Positions 41,901 to 53,962 of a stretch of 64,000 nt of DNA are shown here, one piece after another. The number at the start of each line of letters is the position of its first letter. The first letter of the stretch is position 1. The stretch comes from Lytechinus pictus (lineage: Eukaryota). The DNA lies in assembly GCF_037042905.1 (NCBI RefSeq), contig NC_087245.1:3598001-3662000 (forward strand). The letters are read 5' to 3'. The position numbers and the translations under genes were made by a program. The notes under the pieces were generated by a model that ran no database searches, was not told the origin of the DNA, and saw nothing but the letters and a program-made list of their open reading frames with translations.

Positions 41901-43684
41901 TATCTTGTAACATCTTCTTTCAATATCCTATACCCAGCTACCTTGAACCTATCTTCATAACTCCTGGCATGTATAACCCCGTTCCCTTTACAACTCTTTT
42001 CATTGATTCTTAAATAAATCGGCTTGTAGATTTCTATGAAAGATTAAAACTTCAGGCTCTTGTTTATTGGTTCAGAAAAATTAATTTATTGATTGAAAAC
42101 TCTGAAGGGATTTCTTTATTTGATAAATGACCTATATAGTCCTATTACAACAATGTCTATTCTTTTTTTAGTGTTACAAAAGGCACAATTATTATCTGAA
42201 AAGAGAACAGTAGTGTATGGTGATATTGCTTTTAACTCAAGCTTCTTAATTTATCATCATATATGACCTTTTCTTCCTGACTTTAATCTATTTATTCTAT
42301 TGCTGTATACATGTGGATCAATGATACAATAGCACAACAGACCATAGATCGCCTGTAGTTTGGTGCCAAGATGTATGTCTGTTGCTCCACCCCTGTGGGT
42401 GCAGATTAACCCCTCTTTTGAGCAAAATTTACTAAGGTCAGCAAATTATTTACCACAATTGGGTTGCAGATTAACCCATCTCCAATCTAAATTAGCTACA
42501 CCAGGAAGTTATGTATCAGATTAACCCCCATTGATGAAACTTAATCCAGGATTTAAGTTCTTACTGCATTAAGGGGAAGATAATTCCATCAATATGACAA
42601 TAATCCCATCAATATGATATTGGTACAGTTAACAATTCGTAGGAGTGCTGTATAGATATATATATAATGACCGAAGGATGTTATTCAATACAATAGAAAG
42701 GAAATATTTCTAAAAATTAGGTACAATAATCATATTTAATGAAAATTTAACGAATTGTAGGCCTAATTCTGTTTTATGCCTTTAGTGGTGTCTTAATATT
42801 TGTTATCTGTTGGAAAGTTTGCCCTTATTGAGCAATGAAGTGGAGAGTGACCACTTGACCAACCTGCTATTGGTATTGGATAACAACGGGCATTTCTAGC
42901 TACATCTGCATCCAATCAGATTAACATAGAAATAAGATTAGCTAAACTCAATGAGCTGTAAAGGAGGACTTATAAAGTGATTAAGATGGGTTTAAAATCT
43001 ATCAGTTACAAGGGCAAAAATTTAGCCATCACAAAGAAGAAGAATTTTCAAAATTCTAGTTATCATCCCGGTAAGAATCTCCAAATGAGAAGGATCAAAA
43101 TGGATAAATGTGAAAAGTCATATTAGGTTTAGGAATTTCGATTGCTAATCTCTGACTGTTGGAGGATAATGGATCTACAATGGACAAACCTCACTAAAAT
43201 TGCCATCATAACATCTGTCTGAGCTTGTCAGATGGCCAAGTCCAAATTCGTAGAGCTCTGCAACTTAGTCCATGGACAAGCCAGGTCAAATTAATTATCC
43301 AAATTATGAATGAGACTGTCATATCAGAGGTATGGTTGATTCATTGAACCTTATATCACCCAGTATGAAAAGGTTACCAATGGGTCACTGAACCATTTAT
43401 CACTTGCCCACAGTATGTTGATATCTTGCTAAGATAGCCACTGTGTAGTGTTGGGCCCAGTTGATTGCCGTACTGAAGTCCTGATAGTTGCATGTGAGTC
43501 TACACCCATCTGACATCCCATAGGAGGTATCCATCCTTTTTTTTCATCAAATGTATGTTTCCTTGGGTTTTACATGTAGATGTTGTACTCCATGATAGGC
43601 AGGCGGTCAAAAAAAATTTTTTTTCTTTTATTTGAAGAAATGTTTCGAGAAAGATGACTTTTGAAAATGTATTTCTGTTTTCTG

Positions 43685-43893
43685 GGTTTTTTTTAATGGT
43701 AACTGCCGTAGGAACTCGGCGGGACAGCGCTTTGTTGGTAAACGCCAAGCTTGTATATATACCAATTACCTAGGAAACATTTCATGTCTAGGTTAGTCAT
43801 TCATAGTGGCTGACCTTATAGGCGATGGCAGAGTGTGGATTCGAACTCACAACCTTGCGAATATGAGTCCAGTGCTGGACCACTGGACCACAC
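43685..43893 (-). mobile_element. tRNA-derived SINE
   Basis: Minus strand shows A box TGGTCCAGTGG, B box GAGTTCGAATCC, about 130 nt of unrelated body and an A-rich end. Confidence 0.7.
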
Positions 43894-44447
43894 AAGAAAA
43901 ATCAGGAATCGTTTGAAATAAGTATCCCATCCATACATGCTTAAGGTGTGACTGTGACATGCAGCATTATAAGGATAGCAGGAAAAGTGCAGGGAATTTG
44001 AAGGTGATATATTTTTGAAGTAGAAAAATAGCAGGCATTTTCTAAATTTGACAATTGTAATCACAAGTGATGGAAGAGCTTCTACCAGACTTTCAAGTCC
44101 AGTAATGACCCTTTGAGCTCAGGTTTCAAGCAAATGTCTGAACTTGGCCCTCATGGGGATTAAGAGGAAATCTTAGCTCCTTGATTCCATCAACAAACCA
44201 ACACCACCTTCATTCCTGGTAGGCCTGCATCAAGACCACCTTTCACCACAGGCCATACATGCCATAGTATTTAGTGTCAACTCAGGTCATAGAGTCACTG
44301 ACTGTTTGAGATAGATGAAGGCTTAGTGGTTAGAGTCCTTAGTAGTTAGAAAGCCCTGTTTGTACTCTCTTGTATAGGAGGCAATGTGTTTCAAAATACC
44401 CCAAACCCTTTAGCTGAGGCATGACTGGTTGTATTATACAGGCTTAA

Positions 44448-44825
44448 AGGTATTGTTTAACTTTGTGAGCAGCCGATTTAAAAAATTCTCAAACCAAGAT
44501 GAAACATGTGTACAAGTGCATGTATTAGAACTAATAAACCCTGAAAACAAGCATTATTGAGAATGAAAAGCTAAAACTACAAGGCAAACCCCGATTTTGT
44601 AATTAGGCGTCTTATAGACGCCTAAATAGTACACATAAGCGTATAAGATGAAATTAAGATGGTGTTTTCGGTCACTTTATATTTCAATTTTTGAAGCACT
44701 AAATAATTATTTTCGAATGCAATTTTTTCTGGGCTTCATTTTTGTAACATATCACAGACACAGGTGACAAGTGTGACCTTCTAGCTCAGAATTCTTAAAA
44801 GTCAAATCAATGTTAACCAATCACT
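44448..44825. mobile_element. Kolobok-like non-autonomous element, TTAA TSD
   Basis: TTAA|AGGTATTGTTTAAC ... GTTAACCAATCACT|TTAA; imperfect 14-bp TIRs with AG...CT ends. Confidence 0.75.
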
Positions 44826-45563
44826 TTAATTCTCAGTTCCTTGATTTGTATCATTGTTATCAAGCATTAAAGGGATGTTGAACATATCAGAATGTATCAA
44901 AAATGTAATTTGCTTGCTTATGATAATACCAATATTCTAAATAATAAAGCTGTATGTACAACCTTGTCCCCCTGTATGTCAGAAGGTTTCACTCATCAAA
45001 TTCATTCAGATACAGTTCAGGATAGAGTCATGAATGGATTTATAGATGGGATCTTTTACATTTTTATTACTGTTCGTCCATTTGGTAGCAGTGTCATTAG
45101 ATTAATTTTCAGTCGTGAACAGGATATTTAAGAGGACCCTTGAGGATCTCCAAACTGTGGTGATGCTGGTCCATTGATACTGTCAACTTCTGGATGTGAT
45201 ATGTTTGTTGTGGCTGATTAAAATGTCAGAAAGCATAATGGATGGATTTTATAGATACATATTGGACATGACCTGTGACCCTGGGTGCTTGGGTCAGAAG
45301 TTCAGAGAATTTCCTAGTCAAAAGATGGGTTTTATTATTTTCTTAAAGAAGTGAGATTCAATCACTTTACATTCATACAGCTCATTTTTAGTTGTATCAT
45401 TATAAAGTTGTTGACATCCAATCTCATGTATTATCCAATTCAAAATGTAAACCTATAAACTGTAAACTGAATGTTAGTGTTCATGCAGATGGGAAAGGAT
45501 AATCTAAAAAAATATCATTTTGCAATGTGTATTATTTAGCCATATTTTTCTTCTATCTTTCAG

Positions 45564-46117
45564 ATGTGTTAAGTCAAGATATACTTCAGGTCATTGGCCA
45601 TCCCCTCCCAAATGGAGTGACTTTTACAGAAGGTTTGACTGGAGCTGCTTTCAAGTTTGAAGGAGATTCCAATGCAGGTCGACATGCTGAGATCATCCTA
45701 CCAACAGACTTCTCTGCCAACTTTCCTGAGTTCTCTATCCTGATGCTGCTACGCCCCTACAGTGGTAGCAGGGGTACAGTCTTTGGGGTGACAGACCCCT
45801 ATCATCAGACCATCATCCTCAGTGTAAACATCACAGGCATATCAATAGAAGACATGAGGATAAGCCTCATTCTTACAAACATAGACTATACAAGTGAATC
45901 AACAGAGGTAGCAGCTTTCCTTGTGCCTTCCTTCACCAACCATTGGACACAACTAGCATTAAGTGTCAGGGACAACCAGGTGACTTTATTCCTTGATTGT
46001 CAAGAACTTGGTACACAGACGTTTGATAAAGATCCTGGATGGCATATCAGGATACCACCGATGGCTCCCCTGTTCATTGGACATCTTGGGACAGTAGGAG
46101 AAGATGTGCAATATCGG
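45564..46117 (+). CDS. COL15A1/COL18A1-like: Exon encoding most of the thrombospondin N-terminal (TSPN/LamG-like) domain of a collagen XV/XVIII-like multiplexin
   Basis: TTTCAG acceptor (phase 1) and GTATGT donor at 46118 (phase 0). The peptide DILQVIGHPLP...FPEFSILMLLRP...GTVFGVTDPYHQ...AAFLVPSFTNHWTQLALSVRDNQVTLFLDCQE...LFIG aligns by eye with the collagen XVIII/XV TSPN domain (LLQLLGDPPP...FSLLFHIRP...GVLFAITD...[20 protein letters not shown]...LYVDCEE). Confidence 0.9.
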
Positions 46118-46375
46118 GTATGTAATGTTATCTTAATGGAATCATATCTTATCTGAGTAGAAGCCCTTGATATTAAAGGAAGCATACCATCAATTCATGC
46201 ATTGGTAATACACGTAAGTGTACATCATTTCGAGTATAAAGGCATACATCATTCATAGTAATTGTTTTCCTCATTATGCAAATTTGTTTTTGTTTTTTTA
46301 TATCACAATTGCTATTTCAACATCCTCACAATATTTGAATTACTGTTAAACTTGCAATAATTGTAATGTTACCAC

Positions 46376-47049
46376 TAGGCCTGGGACTTTCGAGTATTTT
46401 TGTCTTCGGGTACCCGTGGTAATTTTTGGGCGGGTACCTGAAAATCATGTCACATGAAATATGACTTGTGGAACATCCCTATAATTGGCTAGAAATACCA
46501 AGAAGATAATGCTTATCTAACCCTATTAATAATTAATTATTAATTGATAATACAAAGTGATTAAATTTGTTGTGAAAATATTTTTTCTAGTTTAAACGAG
46601 CTGAAAAACAGTCACATTTTTGCAAAGCTGAGAAAATTTTCTTTTTTTGTATTTGATAATTTGTTCCTTCATTGACACGGTAATGTCTCAAGCTCTGAAC
46701 CGTGGACACATTAATATTCTTCGCCATTGCGAAGGATTGCTGCACAAAATTCGATGTTTCTCTCTTTTATGTACTGGTATTTGATAAAATATCTGGGATT
46801 TTTGTCATATTAAGGGATATTCATGTCACATTTTTGAATTATGCGATTGCCTAATTTGGATATCGCTAAGAGTAATGTCCATGTCCAGACGGAAGGGGTA
46901 ATGTGTCTTACACTAGTGCTACGCAAGACAAATCAAATACATGTACGTTATACTGGTAAGCAATTTCAGGTATCGGTACTGATTTTTCTACCAGGGTACC
47001 TGAGGCTTCCAGGCAGTACCCGGGTACCCGGGTTTTAGTCCCAGGCCTA
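46376..47049. mobile_element. hAT-like non-autonomous element (674 bp) in the intron that splits the TSPN domain
   Basis: 13-bp perfect TIRs TAGGCCTGGGACT / AGTCCCAGGCCTA, 8-bp TSD GTTACCAC / GCTACCAC, and subterminal GGGTACCC repeats. Confidence 0.88.
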
Positions 47050-47206
47050 GCTACCACCTTTGAAATTGAATGTTGATCAAATTGTTATATTAGATGAATC
47101 ACTGGTTTTAATTTATAGTTTTTATTGATATCTATTTGAATAAGAATTTATCCTAAGCATATTATGTAGCTATGAGCATTATTTTGTGAATGTTTTGTTA
47201 TTTCAG

Positions 47207-47275
47207 GGTGACATCCAACAGATTTCTATCACCAACAGTGCCGACTCTGCAGAGGAGCATTGTCCAATTGATGCA
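47207..47275 (+). CDS. COL15A1/COL18A1-like: Exon completing the TSPN domain (GDIQQISITNSADSAEEHCPIDA), phase 0-0
   Basis: TTATTTCAG acceptor and GTAAGT donor at 47276; 69 nt, in frame with the previous exon. Supplies the G-x-I-Q strand and the closing Cys typical of TSPN domains. Too short for the ORF track. Confidence 0.88.
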
Positions 47276-48748
47276 GTAAGTATAAACATAGTTACTACTC
47301 TTTGAAACATTTTTCCACAGCACCAATATGCATGAAGGAAGAAAGAAAGAAAAAACACATTCTTGAAAGCAATTTTTCCATCCTGCATTTGACAAAGGAT
47401 ATGGCAGTTGTGTAGTAAGAATAATTCTGGAGATGAATGAAATAGAGGGACAACCTGTTTTGTTTTTTGATAATTTACTGTTCAACTTGACTTCAAGAAA
47501 AGAAATGGTAGGATGGGTGATTATCATTAGTAAAAACAGGGACGTGAGTCCTGGTAAAAACAAAAAGGAAGGTAATTAATTCCAGGATTTTGTGTGATTA
47601 TGAGCTTATGTTGTAATCATATTAGAAAGAGATTCCCACAATTATTCCCCCTTTCTCACTTTAACAATTTATGTTATTCCTCTTTCTATCATCTTTCAAT
47701 AATTTCATATTAGACTACGATGGCAGTTCCAATCATATTAAATTTCCAATGATATCTTCTCTTAAAACATTACACATGCAGAATTGTTTCCAAAAGTGTT
47801 AGGCAAAACATTCACACCCCTTCCCACTTTTGGTTCATACAATTTACCAATCATACTAATTGGGATACCCTTAGTTATGTAACTGGCTTCCTTTTGAAAA
47901 TATTTTTTATATATTCATTCAGATCCCATACTTTCAAAACTGTAACACTATATTGATATTAAATTAAGAATAGGAAAGGTATTATGGCATTAATTCTTTT
48001 TTCAATCAAAAGATACCAAAGAAATTACTGAACAATTTTCAATAATGCATCTTTCAAAGGATAAACAACTATTAGGGGAATGTGGAAAGTATATTTTGCA
48101 AGAATGGTTTAATATTCATTATCAGCTTTGCATGAGTCATGCATACATGATTTATTATGAGTGGTGAAAATGTTTATCTCCTCTATATAATCATGCATGT
48201 GTATTATAAAAGTATTATGCAGTGAAAATGCATTGGTATTTAAGGTTAGCAAGATTCACATGGATTTGACTTGAATGCTAAAAACAATTGATAAATTGAT
48301 TCTATACTGTAGTGCATAAATCACTTGAATGTGAAAAGAGAAAATGCTATTTTTCATATTAGTATTATTTATTTACATATTGCACCTGTTGATTGATATT
48401 GCAATATCACACTGCTAGTTTATTAATATGAAAAAAAAATAGTCTATCACTCTGCAGTTTAGACTTACAAGCTTTGAAAACATTTGGTAGAGAGCATAAT
48501 CCAATATTTAAATCACACTAGATTAAAAACATTTTGATATTTGTGTAGTTTGTGGTAAAAATTTCTTTTGAATGCTTTCCATTTTGTTAATTTGCTTTTA
48601 TTTTTATTTGCACACATTAACCATGATTTATTGCATTTATTTCTCTCATTAAAGCTTTATTTCAATATATATCTTTTCTTATGATTTACCCATGGTCATT
48701 TGAGCATTTTGTTACATTCCAATGCTTTGTTTAACTTCACTTGTCAAG

Positions 48749-48808
48749 ATCTCGGGCAGCGGTTCTATGGCACTCAGACAAAGTGCCGGAGAGGATTGGG
48801 CCTTCGTA
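48749..48808 (+). CDS. COL15A1/COL18A1-like: Short exon ISGSGSMALRQSAGEDWAFV, the Ser-Gly region after TSPN
   Basis: GC/CpG-rich 60-nt island in very AT-rich DNA. TTGTCAAG acceptor, GTAAGT donor at 48809, phase 0-0. SGSG sits where collagen XV/XVIII have Ser-Gly glycosaminoglycan sites. Confidence 0.68.
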
Positions 48809-49200
48809 GTAAGTTTTTATTTATTCACTTATGCACCCCATTTTATTAAAAATTGGGTAATATGGTACATTTTTGTTGGATGTGTGGTAACATTGGTCAT
48901 CATAAGTTAGTCCTGTCAAATTGTCAATTATGTTGGATTTTTGGAGTTTAGTAAGTTATCATGTATGTTTCATGTCCTTGGTTCATGTTCATGTTTTTTA
49001 CCTGTTCTACTTTAAGGGCCAGTTATTCTCCATATCTCTGAGGGGATTATTTAAATTATTATTATTACACAATTTTAAATCGTTCTTGAGTAAAAAGTCA
49101 AGTCTGTTGTATTAGCCATGGGTATTGATAGCAGCAGTAACTGCATCATATGCAAATTAATAACCAGCAGCTCAGTATCACTAATTTCTAGCAATAAGGC

Positions 49201-49315
49201 AGGGTGATGTGGCTGAGGGGTCTAGGGCACCTGGCTGACACTTGAAAGTCTGGGTTTGATCCATGGCCACTGCACCTGTGCCCATGAACAATGCATTTAA
49301 TTGTCAGTGCTCTTG
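49201..49315 (+). mobile_element. Highly degenerate tRNA-derived SINE fragment
   Basis: TGGCTGAGGGG (A-box-like), GGGTTTGATCC (B-box-like), then TGTGCCCATGAACAATGCATTTAA. Confidence 0.45.
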
Positions 49316-49928
49316 TATCCTAAATTCAATTCAATGGAAAAGCATTCTTGTTAACTATATGTGCACTTAATTAAAATAAAAAACAATATGAATTCTGTGT
49401 ATTCTCAGCATAGATTACAAAAGCAAATTTGGAAATGTGCAATTTTGATGCCATTAGAGGTTTAGTGTAGTATTAAGAGCTTCTGAAGAAATGTTTGTGT
49501 TGAAATAAGGCTGAGGATTTAGTGTTAAAATTTAGACATTTATTGTCATCAAAGATAAACATATCTCTCCTGCTGTTAAGATTTAGCATTTACTTCTGTG
49601 TATGTAATTATGCAAAGATATGTCAATTGAACACTTCTTTTGCATTGATATTGGATAAATTGTGAGTAAAATGGTAAAAAGAGAGATGTACACAGGTGAC
49701 GACAAAGCGAAAATAGGACTGTTAGCAAAACTATTCTTCTTTAATAACTTTGTTAATGTTTCCCTTGGCCTGTCTCATATAAAAACCTTTGATATATTAA
49801 CTTTATATTTCATCAATGTAACCTAAAATTATACACATAAAAAAGAATGTATTACTTGAAATGGAAATACTATAGATTCCTGTGGGTCAGTAAAAGTAAA
49901 GTGTTTATGATATTAATGTTATTTCCAG

Positions 49929-49943
49929 AAGCCTGTAGGTTTA
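49929..49943 (+). CDS. Candidate microexon: AAGCCT (KP, 6 nt) or AAGCCTGTAGGTTTA (KPVGL, 15 nt)
   Basis: TTATTTCCAG acceptor and two in-frame donors (GTAGGT at 49935, GTAAGT at 49944). Both forms are phase 0-0 like the neighbouring exons. Followed by an ACTAAY cluster. Confidence 0.42.
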
Positions 49944-49967
49944 GTAAGTTATTCAAACCCCCAATTT

Positions 49968-50077
49968 ACTAACAAGTCAATCTAAACTAGCCAGCTAACT
50001 AACTAACAAGCTAATCATTTATTTAATAATTAACTAATCAATTGCTTAATGTCTGCAATAATCAAATCACGACTAAC
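49968..50077 (+). promoter_or_regulatory. Cluster of ACTAAY/CTAAY motifs (putative STAR/Quaking-type splicing element)
   Basis: ACTAAC at 49968, 49998, 50002 and 50072, ACTAAT at 50033, plus CTAAC/CTAAT at 49995 and 50011, all within about 110 nt. Confidence 0.45.
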
Positions 50078-52383
50078 ACTGTTATTTATATGTCATCTAA
50101 TTGTTTTTGGTTTTTCTACACTTTTTTGCTTCTTTGAATGTATTATTTCATGTGAATCATGTTTTGAAAAATCGTATGGATTTATTTATGACTATTTTTT
50201 TAACGATAAATGTTTTAATGTACTGTTATCAATGGATAATATATGTATGTATGTAGAAACTATATGTATGTATCTATAATATTGACTCGTTTCTCATATC
50301 ATTCAATATATATTTTCTTTGATAAAGCTCTTATCAGAACATCGTATTTCATTGCAGAGTTGGGATGTTCTAAAAGACTTATTAGGAATTTAATTATGCA
50401 TCTGTATTGCAGAAATAACCAAAGAGGGCCAAAATGAAATTGTTTTTTCATTGATTGTAAAGTTCTTGCTATATTGGCTCTTTATAGATATTTAGCCATT
50501 TGCAATATAAATCCTGTTGATTAATTTATCAAATAAATTGGCATAGCTGTATTAAGATATGAGTCAAGCTATGATACCTTCATACATAATGTAATCTGAA
50601 ATACATAAGTTCAGAGTAAGTGAATAATGCTTATTATTCCATCTTTCAGCAGTAAATGGATAAACTAAAGTCTGAGCTTTTTACAGATTGTTTCTAAAGG
50701 AATTATTAGTCTTTTCCTGAAGGTTTGTAGGTCATTCATTGGTCATCTTCTTTTTCTTTGACAACCCCCATCCTTGATAGTCAACAGTCACTGACTGTTC
50801 ATCAGTTATATACTGTAACAGCCATTTTTGGCAACATTTCCCACCACTTCCCAGAAGCCTCCAGCCTTGGGTATCGTTAGAAATATCCTGATTAACTTAT
50901 TTCAAATTAAGCGGATACTGAAGATCACCCTTCCTCTGTAGGGTAACATTTACTTGGCACCTGTTCAGTACCCTGGTCACTATGACAAGCTTGGTTCAAA
51001 ATTGAATAATATTGAAGAAAATCACAAGTATAGGCAAGTCGACATTCCCTTACTGTATTCTCAATTATGATTATTTTCTACAAGGTATACCTTGTCTAAA
51101 TATGGGAAACTAGATCATTGTTTGAAACACTTTAAAATGTGTTTGAAACGATGATAGATCTAGTTTCCTGTATTTTGAATATCTTGATGCTAATTTAAAA
51201 TGAAAGAATCACGACAGGGGTGACTCCTCAATAATTGCTCATTAACACCTAATGAAACTTGGTCACATTTTGTCTTGTCTATCAGTTTAGTGTGATTGGG
51301 TTTATGATAGATGAAACAGTCCCATTTGCATGTTAGGAATAATCACATGTGACTAAGAGGGCTGAAATAAGGATGAAGGGGCTATTTATGAACAGGTTCA
51401 TCTGTACTTTTTACCTATGTCACGCAAATGAGGACAATTGACTGTGACTTTCAGTGATACAGTTCTTGTTCCTATTTTCTTCTCAAAGCTGGGTGCCTTG
51501 AGAAGAAAAATGTTTGTACTCTGTAGTAGGTCTGAATCATGGCCATGATGACATGGATGTGCATGATAGGTCTTTTGGAACTTTAACGTTATGTAGAAAT
51601 GTTGGAAAAAAATTTTCAAGTTTTGTTTTTGTGTCTATTCCCAAAGAGCTGGAAATTTATGTCATACTCGTATGAAGAAAGCATTGATATGTGAAGACAT
51701 ATTGTTTTTAGATTGTGCAATTGGAATATATAGTACAAGAGGAGAAGCTTTCCAGATTTGGGGAAACCAGGAAAATATAAGGCAAAAGAAATGGCAAAAA
51801 GCATTAGATGTAGGGTTATTCTCAGTATATAGAAGGAAAGCATGGAAAACTGCTTATTGTAATATTACATAAAAGGGCAAACTCTATTTGGAATAAAGTC
51901 TTTAATACAGGATTTGATCTTGGTTGATTGATAAATGCTATGTTATAAACTGCGTGGTCCATAGACCATTGACAAAGTGTAACAAAAACAGGCATTTTAT
52001 ACCTTGGTAAATATAATGATTTGTATAGAACCTCATTGGATAGGGGATTGTATGGTGCTATTAAAGGTATTTACTCTCAAGCATGGCACCAAAACGACAC
52101 AAAAGAATGACATCAAAAGTTAGTTAATGTGTGTGCTATTTGGAAGATAAACTGTGATTTACGTCACATAAAAAGACACCTGAACGTAAATATTTCAGTC
52201 AATTTATGTGCCAAACTAAGAAAGGGTAACCTTTGTGATACTTCATAAAGTTTAGCTACGATAAAGGATTCAAATGCTCATTTGATTTTGAGGATCCCTT
52301 TGCATTTTTTTTATTAATTTGCCAGGAATTTATAAAGCATCTATATAGCTTGATTTGAAAGGATATACACATTTATTTGGGTA

Positions 52384-52589
52384 CACAGTAAAAACGCTGT
52401 TTCAATTCTTTTTTATATACACACTGCTTTTTACTATATGAATCTTAAAGTAGTTGAAATTTTAAACAACAAATTCAATTTTTAATATTTAATTCTCAAT
52501 GAATTAAACATGGTTGTAACTTGGCAACTACTGTAAGGTTCATATTGTAAACAGCATTGTATACAATTCTAAACAGTGTTTTTACTTTG
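52384..52589. mobile_element. EnSpm/CACTA-like MITE with TA TSD
   Basis: CACAGTAAAAACGCTGTTT / AAACAGTGTTTTTACTTTG, flanked by TA. Confidence 0.65.
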
Positions 52590-53562
52590 TAATGATAATC
52601 AAGGAATGACCAAAGTGAAAGTACTCATTTGTGTTACTGGACAAACTTTGAGAAATCGTTTAAAGAAAACAAGAAAATATTGTCAGCAAATCATTAAGAT
52701 ATATCTAAACCACAATGAAATAGGTATCTGGATAACATAATTTCTGAAAAATCCTGAAACCTCTCCCCCCCCCCAAAAAAAAGAGGAATAAATGAATGCA
52801 TTTGATATGTATACATTGTTTTCTCTTTAAACTAATTAATCTATTTACACCTTTTTAAAGTAACTATCAATGCTTATTCAAATCCAACAAGAGAATCAAA
52901 CAGCTTTCACAAGAACCAGAAGTTAATATAGAGTGATAATAATTAGAAATAGTAACTCAGATATCTCACTATTTAAACATATAAATTTTGGGGAAAGGGC
53001 AGTGGTAGTATTTGGCATGTGAAAACAAATGTTGAAATGAGGCAGAAATAATGCAAAACCTTAATTTGGAAGAATAAAAGTTGCTTGTTACTGGCTCATA
53101 ACTATGAGAACTTAATGGTTCAGGCTGTTATGAATTAATGAAATAAATAATGTGGTGTTGGGATTAGTTTTGTAATTTATTTCCTTGATTTAGGAGTTGT
53201 GAATTTACCTTTGAAGATGCTGGATTGGGAATCATCAGTACCTGTTATTTCATGGCAAGGTACACTATAAATTGCATGGATTTAAGATTTTTCTGCTGTG
53301 ATTTACAGTGAATAGCTACCAGCAGAACTCTGGATTCAATCTGATTCCTAAAGATTTATTTTGAATCTCAAAGGATTTGAATAAAAATTTGCATTCATTA
53401 CAGATTCATTACAAATTCAATCTGAATACTGTGTTTGGCTGGTTCTATATTCACTGCTGATCTGGCTTTAATCCATGAAATTTAGAGTATAGTGGGGCCT
53501 GTGGGGGCAGTGATTCACCACCTTGATCTTTACATCTCTACATAGGATAGTTCCTCTCAATA

Positions 53563-53962
53563 GGTGGTGCTGCACCAGCCCGTGTTTGCTATATCTCAAG
53601 ATTTTAGCCCGATCGGCCCTCTTCGCGATTAATCTTGATATTCAAGAAACCCAATCTCAACCATCACAAGAAAAGCGATTCTTGCTCGAGCGAGGCATCG
53701 ATGCATAATGGTCTGACTCATGAATGAATAATTCTGAGTGCGTCTGCACATATGCGAATTAGCGGGATGATTCATAAAATAACGCGCTATTTGGCAAATA
53801 ATCCCAAGATGACTTGGGATTGCAATCTCGAGATTAATCCAGCGAACTAGCGCGATAATTGCATCTTCATTCCAAATAATCTTAAGATTGTTCAGATCGG
53901 GATAATTTGCCGGATCAGAAATAACGTGCTAATTTGGAAACTCGGGCTGGTGCAGACGGCCC
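53563..53962. mobile_element. Harbinger-like MITE, left tip degraded
   Basis: CTGCACCAGCCCGTGTTT / AAACTCGGGCTGGTGCAG inverted repeats and a CpG-rich interior. The right end GGCCC is followed by TTA. Confidence 0.75.

Noticed and set aside
43821..43893. tRNA gene on the minus strand
   Set aside because: A and B boxes are present but the stems pair poorly and a SINE-like body and tail follow, so it is called a SINE.
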